64,000 nt of DNA from Selaginella moellendorffii (GCF_000143415.4 NW_003314286.1:759766-823765); one strand, 5' to 3'; counted from the first letter of the stretch, positions 50,315 through 63,710 are shown. A program made the numbers and translations. Notes: generated by a model from the sequence alone, not told the origin.

Positions 50315-50610
50315 GCTCTCGGAGGATTTGCGACGCTTGCTAGCCTCTTCAAACGCTGGGGCCGTGCTGCTACGATGGTCTCAGCGCCAAGCTTGTCTTC
50401 TTTGGGATTCTCCGAGTGATTTTCTCGTGGGCGATCCAGGATTTGCAGGGATCGTGAGCCCAGATGCAGGGCTCATATCCTACTGATCCTACGCCCACAT
50501 GGTCGACCAGGGAAGAAACATAACGTCCGGGGTCTCCATTCCTGTGATTGGCAATGGCGATAATGGCTATGGAAATGTGATTAACATCAAGAAAACTATC
50601 AAGGGTGACT
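50315..50610 (+). pseudogene. ICL/PEP-mutase superfamily (2,3-dimethylmalate lyase/CPEP mutase-like) pseudogene fragment
   Basis: LRRLLASS(frameshift)GPCCYDGLSAKLV ... PDAGLISY*SYAHMVDQGRNITSGVSIPVIGNGDNGYGNVINIKKTIKG; in-frame TGA; the rest of the gene is absent. Confidence 0.78.
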
Positions 50611-51658
50611 AGGTATCTCTTGCTGAAAACTTGAGATTTCTGCAACACTACTCCAAGTCTTCCCAAGATGGTATGAAAAAAGAATCATATGATGTTCTTC
50701 ATTGCTCTTGATTTGCTTGTGTGTTTCTCATGTTTGAAGGTGGTAGAAAGGTCAAAGGAACTAGAGTAGCTAAGGATTTAAATATAAAGAGAAAATGTTT
50801 ATGAATAAGAGTGCACCTTATTTTTTATAGTTTTGATTAAGTGTTTTTAGGTTTGAATAGTATTAAATTTGAGTAATCTTTCAAGAAGTTTAAATTTAAA
50901 AGTTTACATTTAATATTAAAAAGGTAGGGGAATCACACCACATGTTAACCTAACTAAGCTTGATCCAAAAAGTAGGCAACCCTTCAATTGTTATGGCAAT
51001 TATTCATATTTTTTCTATTGAAACAACAAACAATAATCTCTATTTTTCTGCAAATAAGTTCTAGAAGCTCCAAAAAGCTTTTAATCCATTGAAACAGTGA
51101 GCCATGGCTATATGACGTAACTAAAGACACTCAATTACACAAATATAAATAACAAGTGGTTAGCATATGACTCAAGTATAAATAAGTTTTGACTCAATTA
51201 TGGAGCACATCCTATAGATAACAAAAGAATGAATGGGTTTTAACATTGCTTAATAGTACAATGGTGAAGCTGAAAAAGATATAAACTATGGTAACATATA
51301 TAATGTTTTTAAGGTTGTTTATTATAGAAAAAATTTTAACTAAGTAAAAATGGTCATCCAACTCTAAATAAATTGAAAAGGAACTAAAGGCTTTGCTAAG
51401 AATTTTTTTTTAAGATGACAATCTTGAAAAGGAAGAAAATAAAGAAGGCAATATTATAAAAGAGGTTGGTGGTATAGAAAAAGATGAGGGTCAAGAAGAC
51501 AATACATTAAGGATTACAATTCCCCAAGTATAAAGAGTATTAAATATTTAGTTTAACTGTGTTTTTTCTAGAAGGATTCCTTTTTGACTATTCTTATCAT
51601 CCTTTATTGAAGGCAAATAAAAATGCCTAAAAAGAGACCCAATCTTTAAATTACAATA

Positions 51659-54600
51659 TGTAAGCGACTAAATTTTCCATTCTACTTTAGTCACTTAACG
51701 ACACCTCTAACCACTTGGAGGAATCTCACTCACAACCTCCATAAATCCTATTCCAATCTTAAGACTTGCCAGGCTCGAGAATGACATGTATGCCACTCGA
51801 CCTTTACATTTGGTCTAAATGCTTCATATGTCCGATCTCATGACCGACACCCAAAGGTACTACTGACATATCGGCCCGTTACTCTAAGGCTATGCCCATT
51901 CACCTTTGTCACTCCGGTGGTCCAACACCATTTATATCACAGTCTTGTCTCTCAAAACTGGGCTATTCATTTGGGAGTGATCATCCCAGATCCACTCCTT
52001 AGCATCCTTAGAATATCTATAGATGTGGGGAACAACCTTCCCCAATATTCTTTTTTTAGTCCCTATTAAATCCCTTTCTGTCCATGGCCGTGTCTGCCAA
52101 CACTGCCACTAGGTCAAGACCAACAGACTTGACCACTAAGTCCCAATGTTTTCTAGGACTTCCTCACCATGTGACGATATCCTTGGTCACTACTCTACTT
52201 TCCATGGTCTGGAATTTTGGGACAACATTTCGAAACACCATAGCCTTACACGAGCCTCATGGGTACTCTCCCCACCTTGTGCGCTCTAGCTATGGGGCTA
52301 GAGAGAGGTTTCGTTGAGCCACACCAGATATCCAAAAAAGTAGTGCCACCCACACTTGGATTGGGAGCATCAACCATTTAATCTCTTAAAGGAAATAGAG
52401 CTAATTTTTGAACACTTCACCAAACTACTCTGTTTGTTAGTTTGTATTCATTCTAGCCTTGGACTCTTTAATGGATATATCATCACCTAACAGGTGAGCA
52501 TAACCTTCCTAGGTCACACTACCTTTTCCTGACCAAACTAGCTCCAATGGGTCCAACCCCACACTCACATGAACATCTGCTAACTTGACTTTAAGGCATA
52601 ATACCTTGGCATATTTGGTGTTTCCACACTATCAACTCTACAAATCTACCCTTATTACACTTCCCATTTGTGTCTAGGTCTTTGCCAAGACTAAAGCAAC
52701 CATTTCTCATACCAACTATTAGTTAGCATTGCAACATAGTGTTCACACACAACTTTGCGTTAAAGTTGTTTTCTTTCAGGAACACTTTTTTCACGACTTT
52801 AGTATGGAATATTTTGCCATCAATAAAACATCTATTGTTCTCATACTTGGACTTTTTTATCTTCTCTATCCTTTATAAAGTACAACACATCTCGTTCCAA
52901 ATGCTTCCACCAATTCTTTAGGATCATTCTTTGACTCTACTTGAGTTATTCAACTTTCTGGACTTTGCTAATTTGACAACCCATAAGGTCTTAGCCTCTT
53001 GGCTAGTTTTGAAGTGTCAGTTTACTAGAATACATCTCTTTGTATTCATGTCCTATTCATAAGGACCATTTTTGCAAGTGTTACTCCAACACTCGATTAT
53101 GTTTGTTCCAGGTGAGCTACTTTTGCATCTTAGGAATATCTGTCCATATGATGAGAACACCAACTCATCCTCTAAGTACACCTCCAACTCCTTGGATTGT
53201 TCTAGCACTTATAAGAGGTAGCTCCAGCTACTATTTCAAGGACTTATGTCCTCATCCGTGTGACTCCTTTACTGTTTTGGAGTTTCTATTTTTTCTATGA
53301 TCCCAACTATAGTTATTTACCACAACTACATTAGCTAGTTTGCTAAGTCAAATGCTCATCTATGTCACATCCTCAACTTTCTGAAAAAAACCTTATATTG
53401 TTCCTAAGATCCTAAATTCGTTCCTTTATTAGTTCTTTTCTATCCACCATATTGCCTACAAATTCACACATGAACTGTAGTGGAAAGCCATGTCCTCCCA
53501 ACCTGCTACTCCTCAAGGATAAACCCACTCTTAGTACTTTTCGATGCCAACATAAGTGGTGATATACTTGACCACCAATAAAAGTTAAACTAAGGAATAA
53601 CTTTGATACTAAATTGTAAGTTACTAAACTTTTTATTCTACTTTAATCACTTAACCACACCTCTAACCACTTAGAGGAGTTTCACTCACAACCTCCATAA
53701 GTCCTATTCCAGTCTTGGGGCTTGCCAGCCCCGAGAATGGCATCTATACCACTAGACTTTTACATTTGGTCCAAGTGCTCTAAGTGTTTAATCCTATGAC
53801 TGACACCCAAAAATACCATCGACATATCGGCCTATTACACTAAAACCATGCCTATTCACCTTTATCACTCCGATAGTCCAACACCACTTATATGACAGTC
53901 CTATCTCTCAAAGACTATGCCATCCATTTGGGAGTGATCATCCTAAATCCACTCCTTAGCATCCTTAGGATGCCTGTAGATATGGGGAATAACTTTCCCC
54001 AATATTCCTTTTTCAGTCCCCATTAAGTCATTTTTTGTCCATGGCCNNNNNNNNNNNNNNNNNNNNNNNNNNNNNNNNNNNNNNNNNNNNNNNNNNNNNN
54101 NNNNNNNNNNNNNNNNNNNNNNNNNNNNNNNNNNNNNNNNNNNNNNTATCAGCTTCTTTGAACACGATTCTATGCTACACGCGTCCATATTTGCGCGAAC
54201 CGTGCATTCCTTAGTGGATATGTCCTCACCCGACATATGGGCATAGCCTTTTTTAAAACAGACTAACCTTTCCTAGCTACATAGGCTCCAATAGAGTCCA
54301 ACCCCCCAACACTCTCCCTACTATACTTTTGGAACCCACCCACCCACCCACCCCCGTGTAGAGGGCTTTCACTCAATAGCCTGTATTAGTATTTGGACTC
54401 GGATTCAGACTTAGACTCGGACTCGAACTCAAACTCAAACTCAGACTCAGACTCAGACTTGGACTCGGACTCAATCTCGGTCTCAGTCTTGGTCTCAGTC
54501 TTAGACTCCATCTTGGGTCCATCTCAAGTCCATCTCAGACTCCATCTCAGGTCCATTTTGCCATCTCAAACTCCATCTCAATCTCCATCTCAAACTCCAT

Positions 54601-55050
54601 CTCGGGTCTATCTCGGACTCCATCTTTGGACTCCATCTCGGGTCCATGTCGAACTCCATCTCAGACTCTATCTCAAATCCATCCTGGACTCCATGCCATA
54701 CTCCATCTTAGGTCCATCTCAGACTCCATCTCGGATCCATCTCAGACTCCATCTTAGATTCATCTTAAACTCCATCTTGGGCTCCATCTCAACACTTCCA
54801 CGTGTCATATGTTGGTCCTTTTGTGCTCCTTTTTTAGAGACTCATTTATTGCTTGCTTCATGCATGTTCCTTGAACACTTCATTAAAAGTTCCACTCTTG
54901 TTCTCAACTTTTCAAGTCAGAGCTTTTAATCCAAAAGTGTTACATTTGTTTGGCTTTCACTTCAACCACTACCATGTGGCACCCTTTTGGCTCCACTTAG
55001 GAAATAAAATTTTGGCTCCACTTGGAAACAATTCTTATGCCTTATGAGAT
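51659..55050 (-). mobile_element. Degenerate, internally deleted LTR retrotransposon (family A): LTRs 53615-~55050 and 51659-~52565, decayed internal region
   Basis: Two diverged copies starting TGTAAG(C/T)..ACTAAA. actttgatacta at 53600-53611 is 9/12 identical to the reverse complement of a tRNA-iMet PBS, next to the 53615 copy. GGACTC-type array at 54395-54790. 100-N gap at 54047-54146. Confidence 0.7.
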
Positions 55051-55721
55051 GCATAAATTTGTAAAATAACTTGCTCTAAATTGTTAATATTTTTCCTATT
55101 TCAGTCACTTTCTATAATTCCTCTAGTAAGACATATTATAATTAAAATCATTATAGATATAGATATGTACAATTGCTTATTATTGCTCCCTTCTTTTGAT
55201 TTGGTTACCAAATCTCTTATTCGGACTGAATTCACCCCTTCATAGTATAACAAACTTGATTGGGGGCAATTGAACAAGTCCAAAGAAAATATATGGTTTT
55301 TCATTTGAAAAAAGACGGGAGTGTATATTGCAAAAATATTTTTATAAATATTTATACTTAATGTCAAAATAATATTTATCTTTAAGACACAAATCCCTAA
55401 GCCCCAAAGTAGAGCCAAAAGGGTGCTACATGGCACTAGTTGAAGCTGAAGTCTAACAAGCATAACATGTTTGAACCAAAAACTTTAACTCGGAAAGTTG
55501 AGAATAAAAGTCAAATTCCTAAAGAAATGCTAGAGGAACAAATATGAAATAATTAGTAAAAAAGTCTCTAAAAAAGGACACAAGAAGGACTAATAAATGG
55601 CAAGTGTCATAACACGTGGAAGTGTTAGGACTGACTTTAAGATGCAAATTGAGATTGGGTTTGAGATGGAGTCCAAAACCAACATCGAAATTGAAACCGA
55701 GTCCAAATACTAATACAAGTT

Positions 55722-57488
55722 TGTAAACCATAAATTTTTCTTTTTCAATTTGCTAGTTTACCATATTTATCCAATCACCACTACCTTAGCCTTAGTTAAA
55801 TTCCCCTGCCAAAATTCCCACTTATTGTACTAATTTCTACTTGGTCCTACTTGGTTTTAACTACTCATTACAAGAGCAATAAAGTGTTAACCATCCATTC
55901 ACAAATTCCCAAATTCTTTTTTAATCCCCCTCCCCTAATTAGACTGGATTTAAAATTCAGCTACACTCCCCATAAGCATAAGTAGCCAAGCACACCAAAC
56001 TTTTAAGTTTCTAACATCATGTGATATAGCAAGACTTGATCATGGGACACTCTAATTTGGGTGCATCACTTGTTTTGGGACTCTAAGGGGAAACATTTAG
56101 CGTAACAGCTAGTATGGGTACCCCTACTCCCCCACTTCCATCCCAAAAGGAAGGCCCAAGCCTCTAGGAAGGAGCGAGGACCATTGAGTTGTATAATATT
56201 TATATGGGGCACAACTTCACATGAGCCGGGAGCAATGCTACTGATTTCCCTTCCAAGTGTAAGAGTTTCTCTTAAGCATTTCCTTGGGTGGCCTCTTTGG
56301 CACCACTGTAGCATATGTGATCATGGGATGAGATTTGGATATACTGTCACCGTGGATCCTTGGAACCTTGGGGGATAAATGGGGATAAAATAGCCACTAA
56401 GGGCTCTCTCATCAAGCAATTGCCCCTTTTCCAGTTGGCTTAAGGGGAGAGAGATAAGGTGCGCTACAGTTGGTATCAGAGCAAATGGCACGGGTTCGAT
56501 TCCCATTGATTAGTGGCTACTTAATAGTATAATATACCCTTGAGCAAGATATATTCCTACCCCTAAATTTGAAATCGTACGTATTGGGTATCCATGCGTA
56601 CGTCCTTCCTCTTGTGTGGTGTATCCACGGACGAAGGTATCCACCGTGGGACTGCGGTACGAGTGGATAACTAGTTGCCTCACATGGAATAGCTGGTCTA
56701 CACAATGGAAGGATTGGTAGATTGAGTGCGGAAATGGAGGTGCTGGTTCCTTTGGCTTAGTAGGGGTTGCTAGTCAATAGTCAATGAGGACATTGACATC
56801 TTTGAAGGGGGGGTGAGTTTAGCGTATGTGATCATGGGATGAGATTTGGATATACTGTCACCGTGGATCCTTGGAACTTTGGAGGATAAATGGGGATAAA
56901 ATAGCCACTAAGGGCTCTTTCATCAAGCAATTACCCCTTTTCCAATTGGCTTAAGGGGAGAGAGATAAAGTGCGCTACAACCACAAAGTATATGTTCACT
57001 CCCACCCAAGGCCCCTAACCCCCAATCCCAACTTTAAGTGGGTTTGGAAGTACCACTAAAGAGTTCCTTCAAAATTGGTTTATAGACATCACTGTCCCTA
57101 CTATACTTGTGGAACCCCCTACAGCAGCGCCCCCCCCTTTTGGGAGACAATCACTTTGAGCTTTCACCCCATGACTTGTATTAATATTGGTTTTAAACTT
57201 GGTTTCGAACTTGGTCTTGGACTCAACCTTGGACTCAGACTCGATCTCAGACTCAATCTCAAACTTGATCTCAAACCCAATCTTGGATCTCGGACTTGGT
57301 CTCGAACTCGGTCTCGGACTCAGTCTCAGACTTGGTCTCAAAGTCAACCTTGGAGTTGGTCTTGGAGCTAATCTCAAACTTGGTTTCACAATCAGTCTTG
57401 AACTCAATCTTGGACTTGGTCTCATTTGATAAACTCTTTATCATTCCAGTTGTGGTTTCAGGGATCCTTTAGCTTACAACACCTTACA
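55722..57488 (-). mobile_element. Related solo LTR (family B) inserted in the family-A LTR
   Basis: TGT..ACA termini; perfect TSD AAGTT (55717-55721 / 57489-57493); shares the cctactatact..ctttcacccc block and a degenerate hexamer array (57190-57430) with family A. Confidence 0.75.
56307..56979 (+). mobile_element. TRIM (terminal-repeat retrotransposon in miniature), 673 bp
   Basis: 162-bp LTRs at 56307-56468 and 56818-56979 (8 mismatches counted by eye); PBS TGGTATCAGAGC at 56471-56482; PPT GAAGGGGGGGTGAG at 56804-56817; TSD ACCAC on both sides; non-coding. Confidence 0.93.
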
Positions 57489-59331
57489 AAGTTGTGGGGT
57501 GAAAGCTCAAAGCAATCATCCCCTAGGTACTAGGGGGGGGGGGGGGGGGGGGCGCTACAAAAGGTCCAAAAATATAGTAGAGAGAGAGTGTGGGGGTTGG
57601 ATTCCAATGGAACTAATTTAGCCAAGTGTAACCTAAGAAGGCTACACCCATGTGGTGGGTGATGATATAACTATTGAGGAGTTTAAAGTTAGAATGAATA
57701 TGGATGGATAAGTAGGGTAGTTTGGTGAAAGCCAACTCTAACTCTTTTGGGAGATCGAATGCTTAATGCTCCCAATCTAAGTATGGGTGGCACTACCTAT
57801 TTGGATACCTAGTATAGCTCAATAGAACCTCACTTTAACCACATAGCTGGGGCATATAAGGGAGGAAGGTGGAGAGAGTACCTATGAGGCTTATATAAAG
57901 TTGCAGTGTTTTGAATGTCATCCCAAAATCCTAGATTGTAGAAAGGAAAAGGAATAGTCCTCTTGTGCAGTAACTAAAGATACTATCACATGGTGAGGAA
58001 ATCCTAGAGGTCAATAGGACTTAGTGGTTGGACCTTCAAGTCTTGACTCAATAACAATGTTAGCAAGCACGGTCATGGATGGAGAGGGACTTAGTGGGGA
58101 CTAAAAAGAGATATTAGGGATGGGTGTTCCCCATATCTCCAAGCATCCTGAGGATATTAAAGTGTAATCCAAGGATGTCTACTCATGAATAGATGGCCCA
58201 TTCTTTAAGAGATGGGACTATGGCACAGGTGGTTTTGGACTACCAATGAAACAAGGGTAGATGGAGATAGCCTTACCATAACAAGCTGATATGTCAGTAG
58301 TACCTTTGGGGTGTCTATTATGGGATTGAACATATGGAGCATTTAGACCAAGTGCAAAAGTTAAGTGGTATAGATGCCATTCACAGGGTTAATATATCCC
58401 CAAGTCAAGAATAGGATTTATAGAGGTTGTGAGTGAGATTTTTTCAAATGGTAAAAAATGTGGTTAAGTGACTAAAATAGAATGGAAAATTTAGTCGCTT
58501 ACACTATTGTGACTTTACATAATATCAATTTGATTGAACTTAATGTCAATACAATCTCTATTATGACTTTACTAAATATCAGATTGAGTAAACATAATAT
58601 CTCTTCAGACTTATCTACCATTATGATTTTGATAGTAATAATCTACAAGTGATGCAACCAAGGATTCCACACCACACTTTTTGCACTTGAAATTAAGTGG
58701 ATCTTTGAGTGCATGAAATGCTTTTCATTGCTTCTACCTCCTTGTTATTGTTGTCTGTACCTATTTGTCTTCACTTCTAGAAGACACCTAGGTTGGCAAT
58801 TTAATGCATAATTGATATCATCAACATCTATCTTAGGACAATAATTTTGTCTTATAGTTCATATGTGTCAAACTGTTTGTTTCACCCCTCTAATGACTTC
58901 AGCATCAGTAATCTTTGCCATCAACTTTCTTTTCTTCTCCATCCAAGCTAGTAAATCACATTTTAAATTACTTATTTTCATATTTTTTCTTTTGCATCTT
59001 CAAATGTAGCTTCATTAATATTTTATTTCACATTTGTTTCCGACATGATACAATTATAAACATTGGTATACAAAGATCAATGATGGCAAGAAATAATTTC
59101 TTTGTGATATCATGAAAAGCATAGATATGCATACATACTGAAACTTGAATATCTTTATAATTGCAACTCCATATCAACTAAATACTAATCATTGTTGGTT
59201 GTTAATTTTATTTTGAATGTCATATAAAAGGGATTTGTAAGTTGAATTGTTGTTAAGTCTTCATGCCACTATATTACTATTGCCTCTATAGCTTGCATTT
59301 TCATTATTTGTATCAGCGCACTCTATTAATG

Positions 59332-59572
59332 ATATTTTCAAAAATATCATATAATATTCACTTTTTATAATGCTCATAAAGTGTTTCCCCTAAGTGGGAT
59401 AGCATATAAAGACTTTTAACTAAAAGTTGAACAAGCTTTACAATTTTTATATTTCTAAAAATATCATATAATACTCACTTTTGGTAATGCTCATAAAGTG
59501 TTTCCCTTAAGTGGAATGGCATAGAAGGACTTTCAACTAGAAAATGAACAAGCTCCTCAATTTTTATATTTC
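59332..59572. repeat. ~117-bp tandem duplication in AT-rich decayed DNA
   Basis: aaaaatatcatat..aatgctcataaagtgtttccc..gaacaagct..caatttttatatttc occurs twice. Confidence 0.8.
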
Positions 59573-61531
59573 CATTTTTTATATGTCCAAAATTTATACT
59601 TTGAGAGGTTCCACATAACTTCAATGTGATTTATAGTGTCAAGCATACAATATAGAAATTGTCAAGCATAAGTAGGCCAAATAAGTCTCTAACCACACTC
59701 TTCACTAGTCTAATATTCCATAAGATTCTTTTTAAAAATATGCACTTGAAAAAGTTTTACTTCAACACAATATAATGATAATTGTACTTAACTTCAGTCC
59801 AAGTATACATCATCTTATCTAGTAGAGAAAAAAAACAGCAGCTTTGTCATCATTCACAATATGTAGAAGTATGTATATAATCCAAGATCATTTCACATGT
59901 ATCTGTGTAGCACATGCGATTTTCACCCTTTATTCTATGGTGATTTACCATAGAAAAACCACAAAGTGGAACCTAAATCCTTTATATGCCACATGTCACA
60001 TGCCACGTGCAATATATTATGTGTCTAAGGACATCATAGTGGAACTCAAACCACTAAAGTCTTTGGGACTAACTTGAAACTTACTAAATATAGAATGGTG
60101 CTAAATTGTGAATTTTGGCATGGGACAAACACCATTGCATCCATGACATTCTTTACATTCCATAGATATTCTAATTTAGTAAATGTAAATAATTTCCATA
60201 AATAGCAATTGGGACCAAATAGGACTAACACAAGATGCATGATAGCAAGGGTGTTTGGCAGACATGGTAAGCTATTATTTGGCAAATATTGAGGGACTAA
60301 GATCAATATTGTGGGGGTTTCTGACACTAGTAAGTGCAAGTCAACAAATGAATTTATCTAACTAAGTTAAGTATGATTAACTAATAGCACTTAGGAATTC
60401 CATCTTTATGCTCATCTAGTCAAGCGCACACATGAAGACCAATTTCTCAACTAATTTAGGTGGAGATTGATAAAAAATCCAACAATACTAACCTTTTACC
60501 ATCGTAACAGTATGTAAGTGATTAATTTTTCCATTTTACTTTAGTCACTTAACCACACCTCTGACCACTTGGAGGAGTCTCATTCACAACCTCCACAAGT
60601 CCCAGTTAGGACTTGGGGCTTGCTAGCCCCGAGAATGGCATCCATGCCACTCAACCTTTGCACTTGGTCTAAATGCTCCACGTGTCCGATCCCATGATCG
60701 ACACCCCAAGGTACCACTGAAATATCGACCCGTTACGCTAAGGCCATGCCCCTTTACCTTGGTCACACCGGTGGTCTAACACCACCTGCATCACAGCCCC
60801 ATCTCTCAAGGACTGGGCCATCTGTCCATGAGTGATCATTCCAGATCCACTCCTTAGCATCCTTAGGATGCCCACAGACATGGGGAATAGCCTTCCCCAT
60901 TATCCCTTTTCCAGTCTCCACCAAGTCCCTTTCTGTCCGTGGCCGTGTTCGCCAACACTGCCACTGGATCAAGGCCTACAGGCCCGACCACTCAGTCCAA
61001 CTGTCCTTTGGGACTTCCTCACTGTGTGACTGTGTCCTTGGTCACCACACCAGAGGGCTACTCCTCTTCCTTTCCACAGTCTGGGACTTTCGGGCAACAT
61101 TTCGGAACACCGTGGCCCTACGCGGGCCTCTTGGGTACTCTCCTCGCCTTCTGCCCTTGGGTGCTCTAGCCATGGGCTTAGAGCGAGGTTCCGTTGAGCC
61201 ACACCAGGTATCTAAGTAGGTAGTGCCACCCACACTTGGACTGGGAGCATTGGCCAGTCGATCTCCTGGGGGAACTAGAGCTAGCTCTTGAACACTTCAC
61301 CAAGCTACCCCACTTGTCGGTACATGTTCACTCTAGTCTTAGACTTCCCAGTGGGCAGCTCATCACCCAACACTGGGTCCGGCCTTCCTGGGCCAAACTG
61401 GCCTTTCCTGGCCAAACTGGCTTCACTGCAGTCCTCCTCCTACTATACTTTTGGAGCTCACCAAACCCCCCAGGGTCTGGGAGATGAACGCTTTGGGCTT
61501 TCACCCTCTCAGACTCGAACTTGGACTCGGA

Positions 61532-63141
61532 TGTAAGCGACTAATTTTTCCATTTTACTTTAGTCACTTAACTGCACCTCCGACCACTTGGAGGAGTCTC
61601 ATTCACAACCTCCATAAGTCCCAGTTAGGACTTGGGGCTTGCCAGCCCTGAGAATGGCATCCATGCCACTCAACCTTTGCACTTGGTCCAAGTGCTCCAC
61701 GTGTCCGATCCCATGACCGACACCCCAAGGTACCACCGACATACCAGTTTGTTACGCTAGGCCATGCCCATTCACCTTGGTCACACCGGTGGTCTAACGC
61801 CACCTGTATCATAATCCCGTCTCTCGAAGACTGGGCCATCCGTCCATGAGCGATCATCCCAGATCTACTCCTTAGCATCCTTAGGATGCCCACAGACATG
61901 GGGAATAGCCTTCCCCGACAACTCTTTTCCAGTCCCCACCAAGTTCCTTTTAGTCCATGGCCGTGCTCGCCAACACTGCCACTGGATCAAGGCCCGCAAG
62001 CCTAACCGCTAAGTCCCACTATCCTTTGGGACTTCCTCACCATGTGACCGTATCCTTGGTCACTGCATTAGAGGCCTACTCCTCTTCCCTTTCACCGTTT
62101 GGGACTTTGGGACAACATTTCGGAACACCGTAGCCTTACGCAAGCCTCATGGGTACTCTCCCCGCCTTTCGCCTTTAGGTGCTCTAGCCATGGGCTTAGA
62201 GCGAGGTTCCATTGAGCCACGACAGGTATCCAAGTAGGTAGTGCCACCCACACTTGGACTGAGAGCATCGGCCAGTCGATCTCCCGGGGGAACTAGAGCC
62301 GGCTCTTGAACACTTCACCAAGCTACCCCGCTTGTCGATCTGTGTTCACTCTAGTCTTGGACTTCCCAGTGGGCAGCTCATCACCCAACACTGGGTCCGG
62401 CCTTCCTGGGCCAAACTAGCCTTTCCTGGCCAAACTGGCTCCACTGCAGTCCTCCCCCTACTATACTTTTGGAGCTCACCAAACCCCCCAGGGTCTGGGA
62501 GACGAACGCTTTGGGCTTTCACCCTCTCAGGCTCCGGACTCGGACTCGGACTCGGACTCGGACTCGGACTCGGATTCGGACTCGGACTCGGATTCGGACT
62601 CGGACTCGGATTCGGACTCGGACTCGGACTCGGCCTCGGCCTCGGTCTCGGTCTCGGTCTCGGTCCTGGTCTCGGTCTTGGTCCCGGTCTCGACTTCGGA
62701 CTCCATCTCGGGTCCATCTCGGACTCCAGCTTGGACTCCATCTCGGGTCCATCTCAGACTCCATCTCGGACTCCACCTCGGACTCCATCTCGGGTCCTTC
62801 TCGGACTCCATCTCGGACTCCATCTCGGGTCCATCTCGGGTCCCATCTCGGGTCCATCTCGGGTCCATCTTGGACTCCACTTCGGACTCCAACTCAGGTC
62901 CATCTCAGACACTTCCATGTGTCATGTGTTGGTCCTTTTGGGTCCCTTTTTGGAGCCTCGCTTATTGCTCTCTTTGTGCTTGTTCCTCGAGCACTTCATT
63001 GGGAGTTCCACTCCCGCCCTTGACCTTTCAAGGTGGAGCTTTTAGTCCAAACGTGTTACGCTCGTTTGGCTTTCGCTTCGGCCACTACCACGTGGCGCCC
63101 CTCCATTTCCACTTTGGGGCCTAGGGATTTTGTGTCTCACA
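61532..63141 (-). mobile_element. Family-A solo LTR (1610 bp, inner, youngest)
   Basis: TGTAAG..CTCACA termini; perfect TSD TCGGA (61527-61531 / 63142-63146). Removing the element and one TSD copy restores the host's GGACTC periodicity. Confidence 0.9.
62535..62910. repeat. (GGACTC)n/(GGTCTC)n grading into (GGACTCCATCTC)n array within the inner LTR
   Basis: Directly visible 6-bp then 12-bp periodicity. Confidence 0.9.
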
Positions 63142-63710
63142 TCGGACTCGGACTCGGACTCGGACTCGGACTCGGACTCGGCCTCGGCCTCGGCCTTGGT
63201 CCCGATCTCGGTCTCGGTCTCGGTCTTGGTCCCGGTCCCGGTCCCGGTCTCGGTCTCGGTCCCGGTCTCGGTCTCGACCTCGGACTCCATCTCGGACTCC
63301 ATCTCAGGTCCATCTCGGACTCCATCTCGGACTCCATCTCGGGTCCATCTCAGACTCCATCTTGGACTCCATCTCGGGTCCATCTCGAACTCCATCTCGG
63401 ACTCCACCTTGGGTCCATCTCGTACTCCACCTCGGGTCCATCTCAGACTCCATCTCGGGTCCATCTCGGACTCCATCTCGGGTCCATCTCGGACTCCATC
63501 TCGGGTCCATCTCGGACTCCACCTCGGGTCCATCTCGAACTCCACCTCGGGTCCATCTCAAACTCCATCTCGGACTCCATCTCAGACTCCATCTCGGACT
63601 CCACCTCAGATCCATCTCAGACTCCATCTCGGGTCCATCTCGGACTCCACCTCGGACTCCACCTTGGACTCCATCTCGGGGTCCTTCTCGGACTCCACTT
63701 CGGACTCTTC
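63142..63710. repeat. Equivalent, longer 6/12-bp array of the outer LTR
   Basis: Directly visible periodicity. Confidence 0.9.

Larger units (their letters stand above)
55381..58503 (+). mobile_element. Old family-A solo LTR in opposite orientation, split by an insertion
   Basis: 58490-58503 is the reverse complement of TGTAAGCGACTAAA. 55381-55721 is the reverse complement of the other LTR end. Flanks TTATC/CTATT are compatible with a decayed 5-bp TSD. Confidence 0.7.

Noticed and set aside
50900-51540. Possible hAT transposase C-terminal remnant
   Set aside because: Only faint motif echoes among many stops; cannot be supported without a profile search.
58510-60500. Possible DNA-transposon coding remnant
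   Set aside because: AT-rich and decayed; no termini, TSD or recognisable motif identified.
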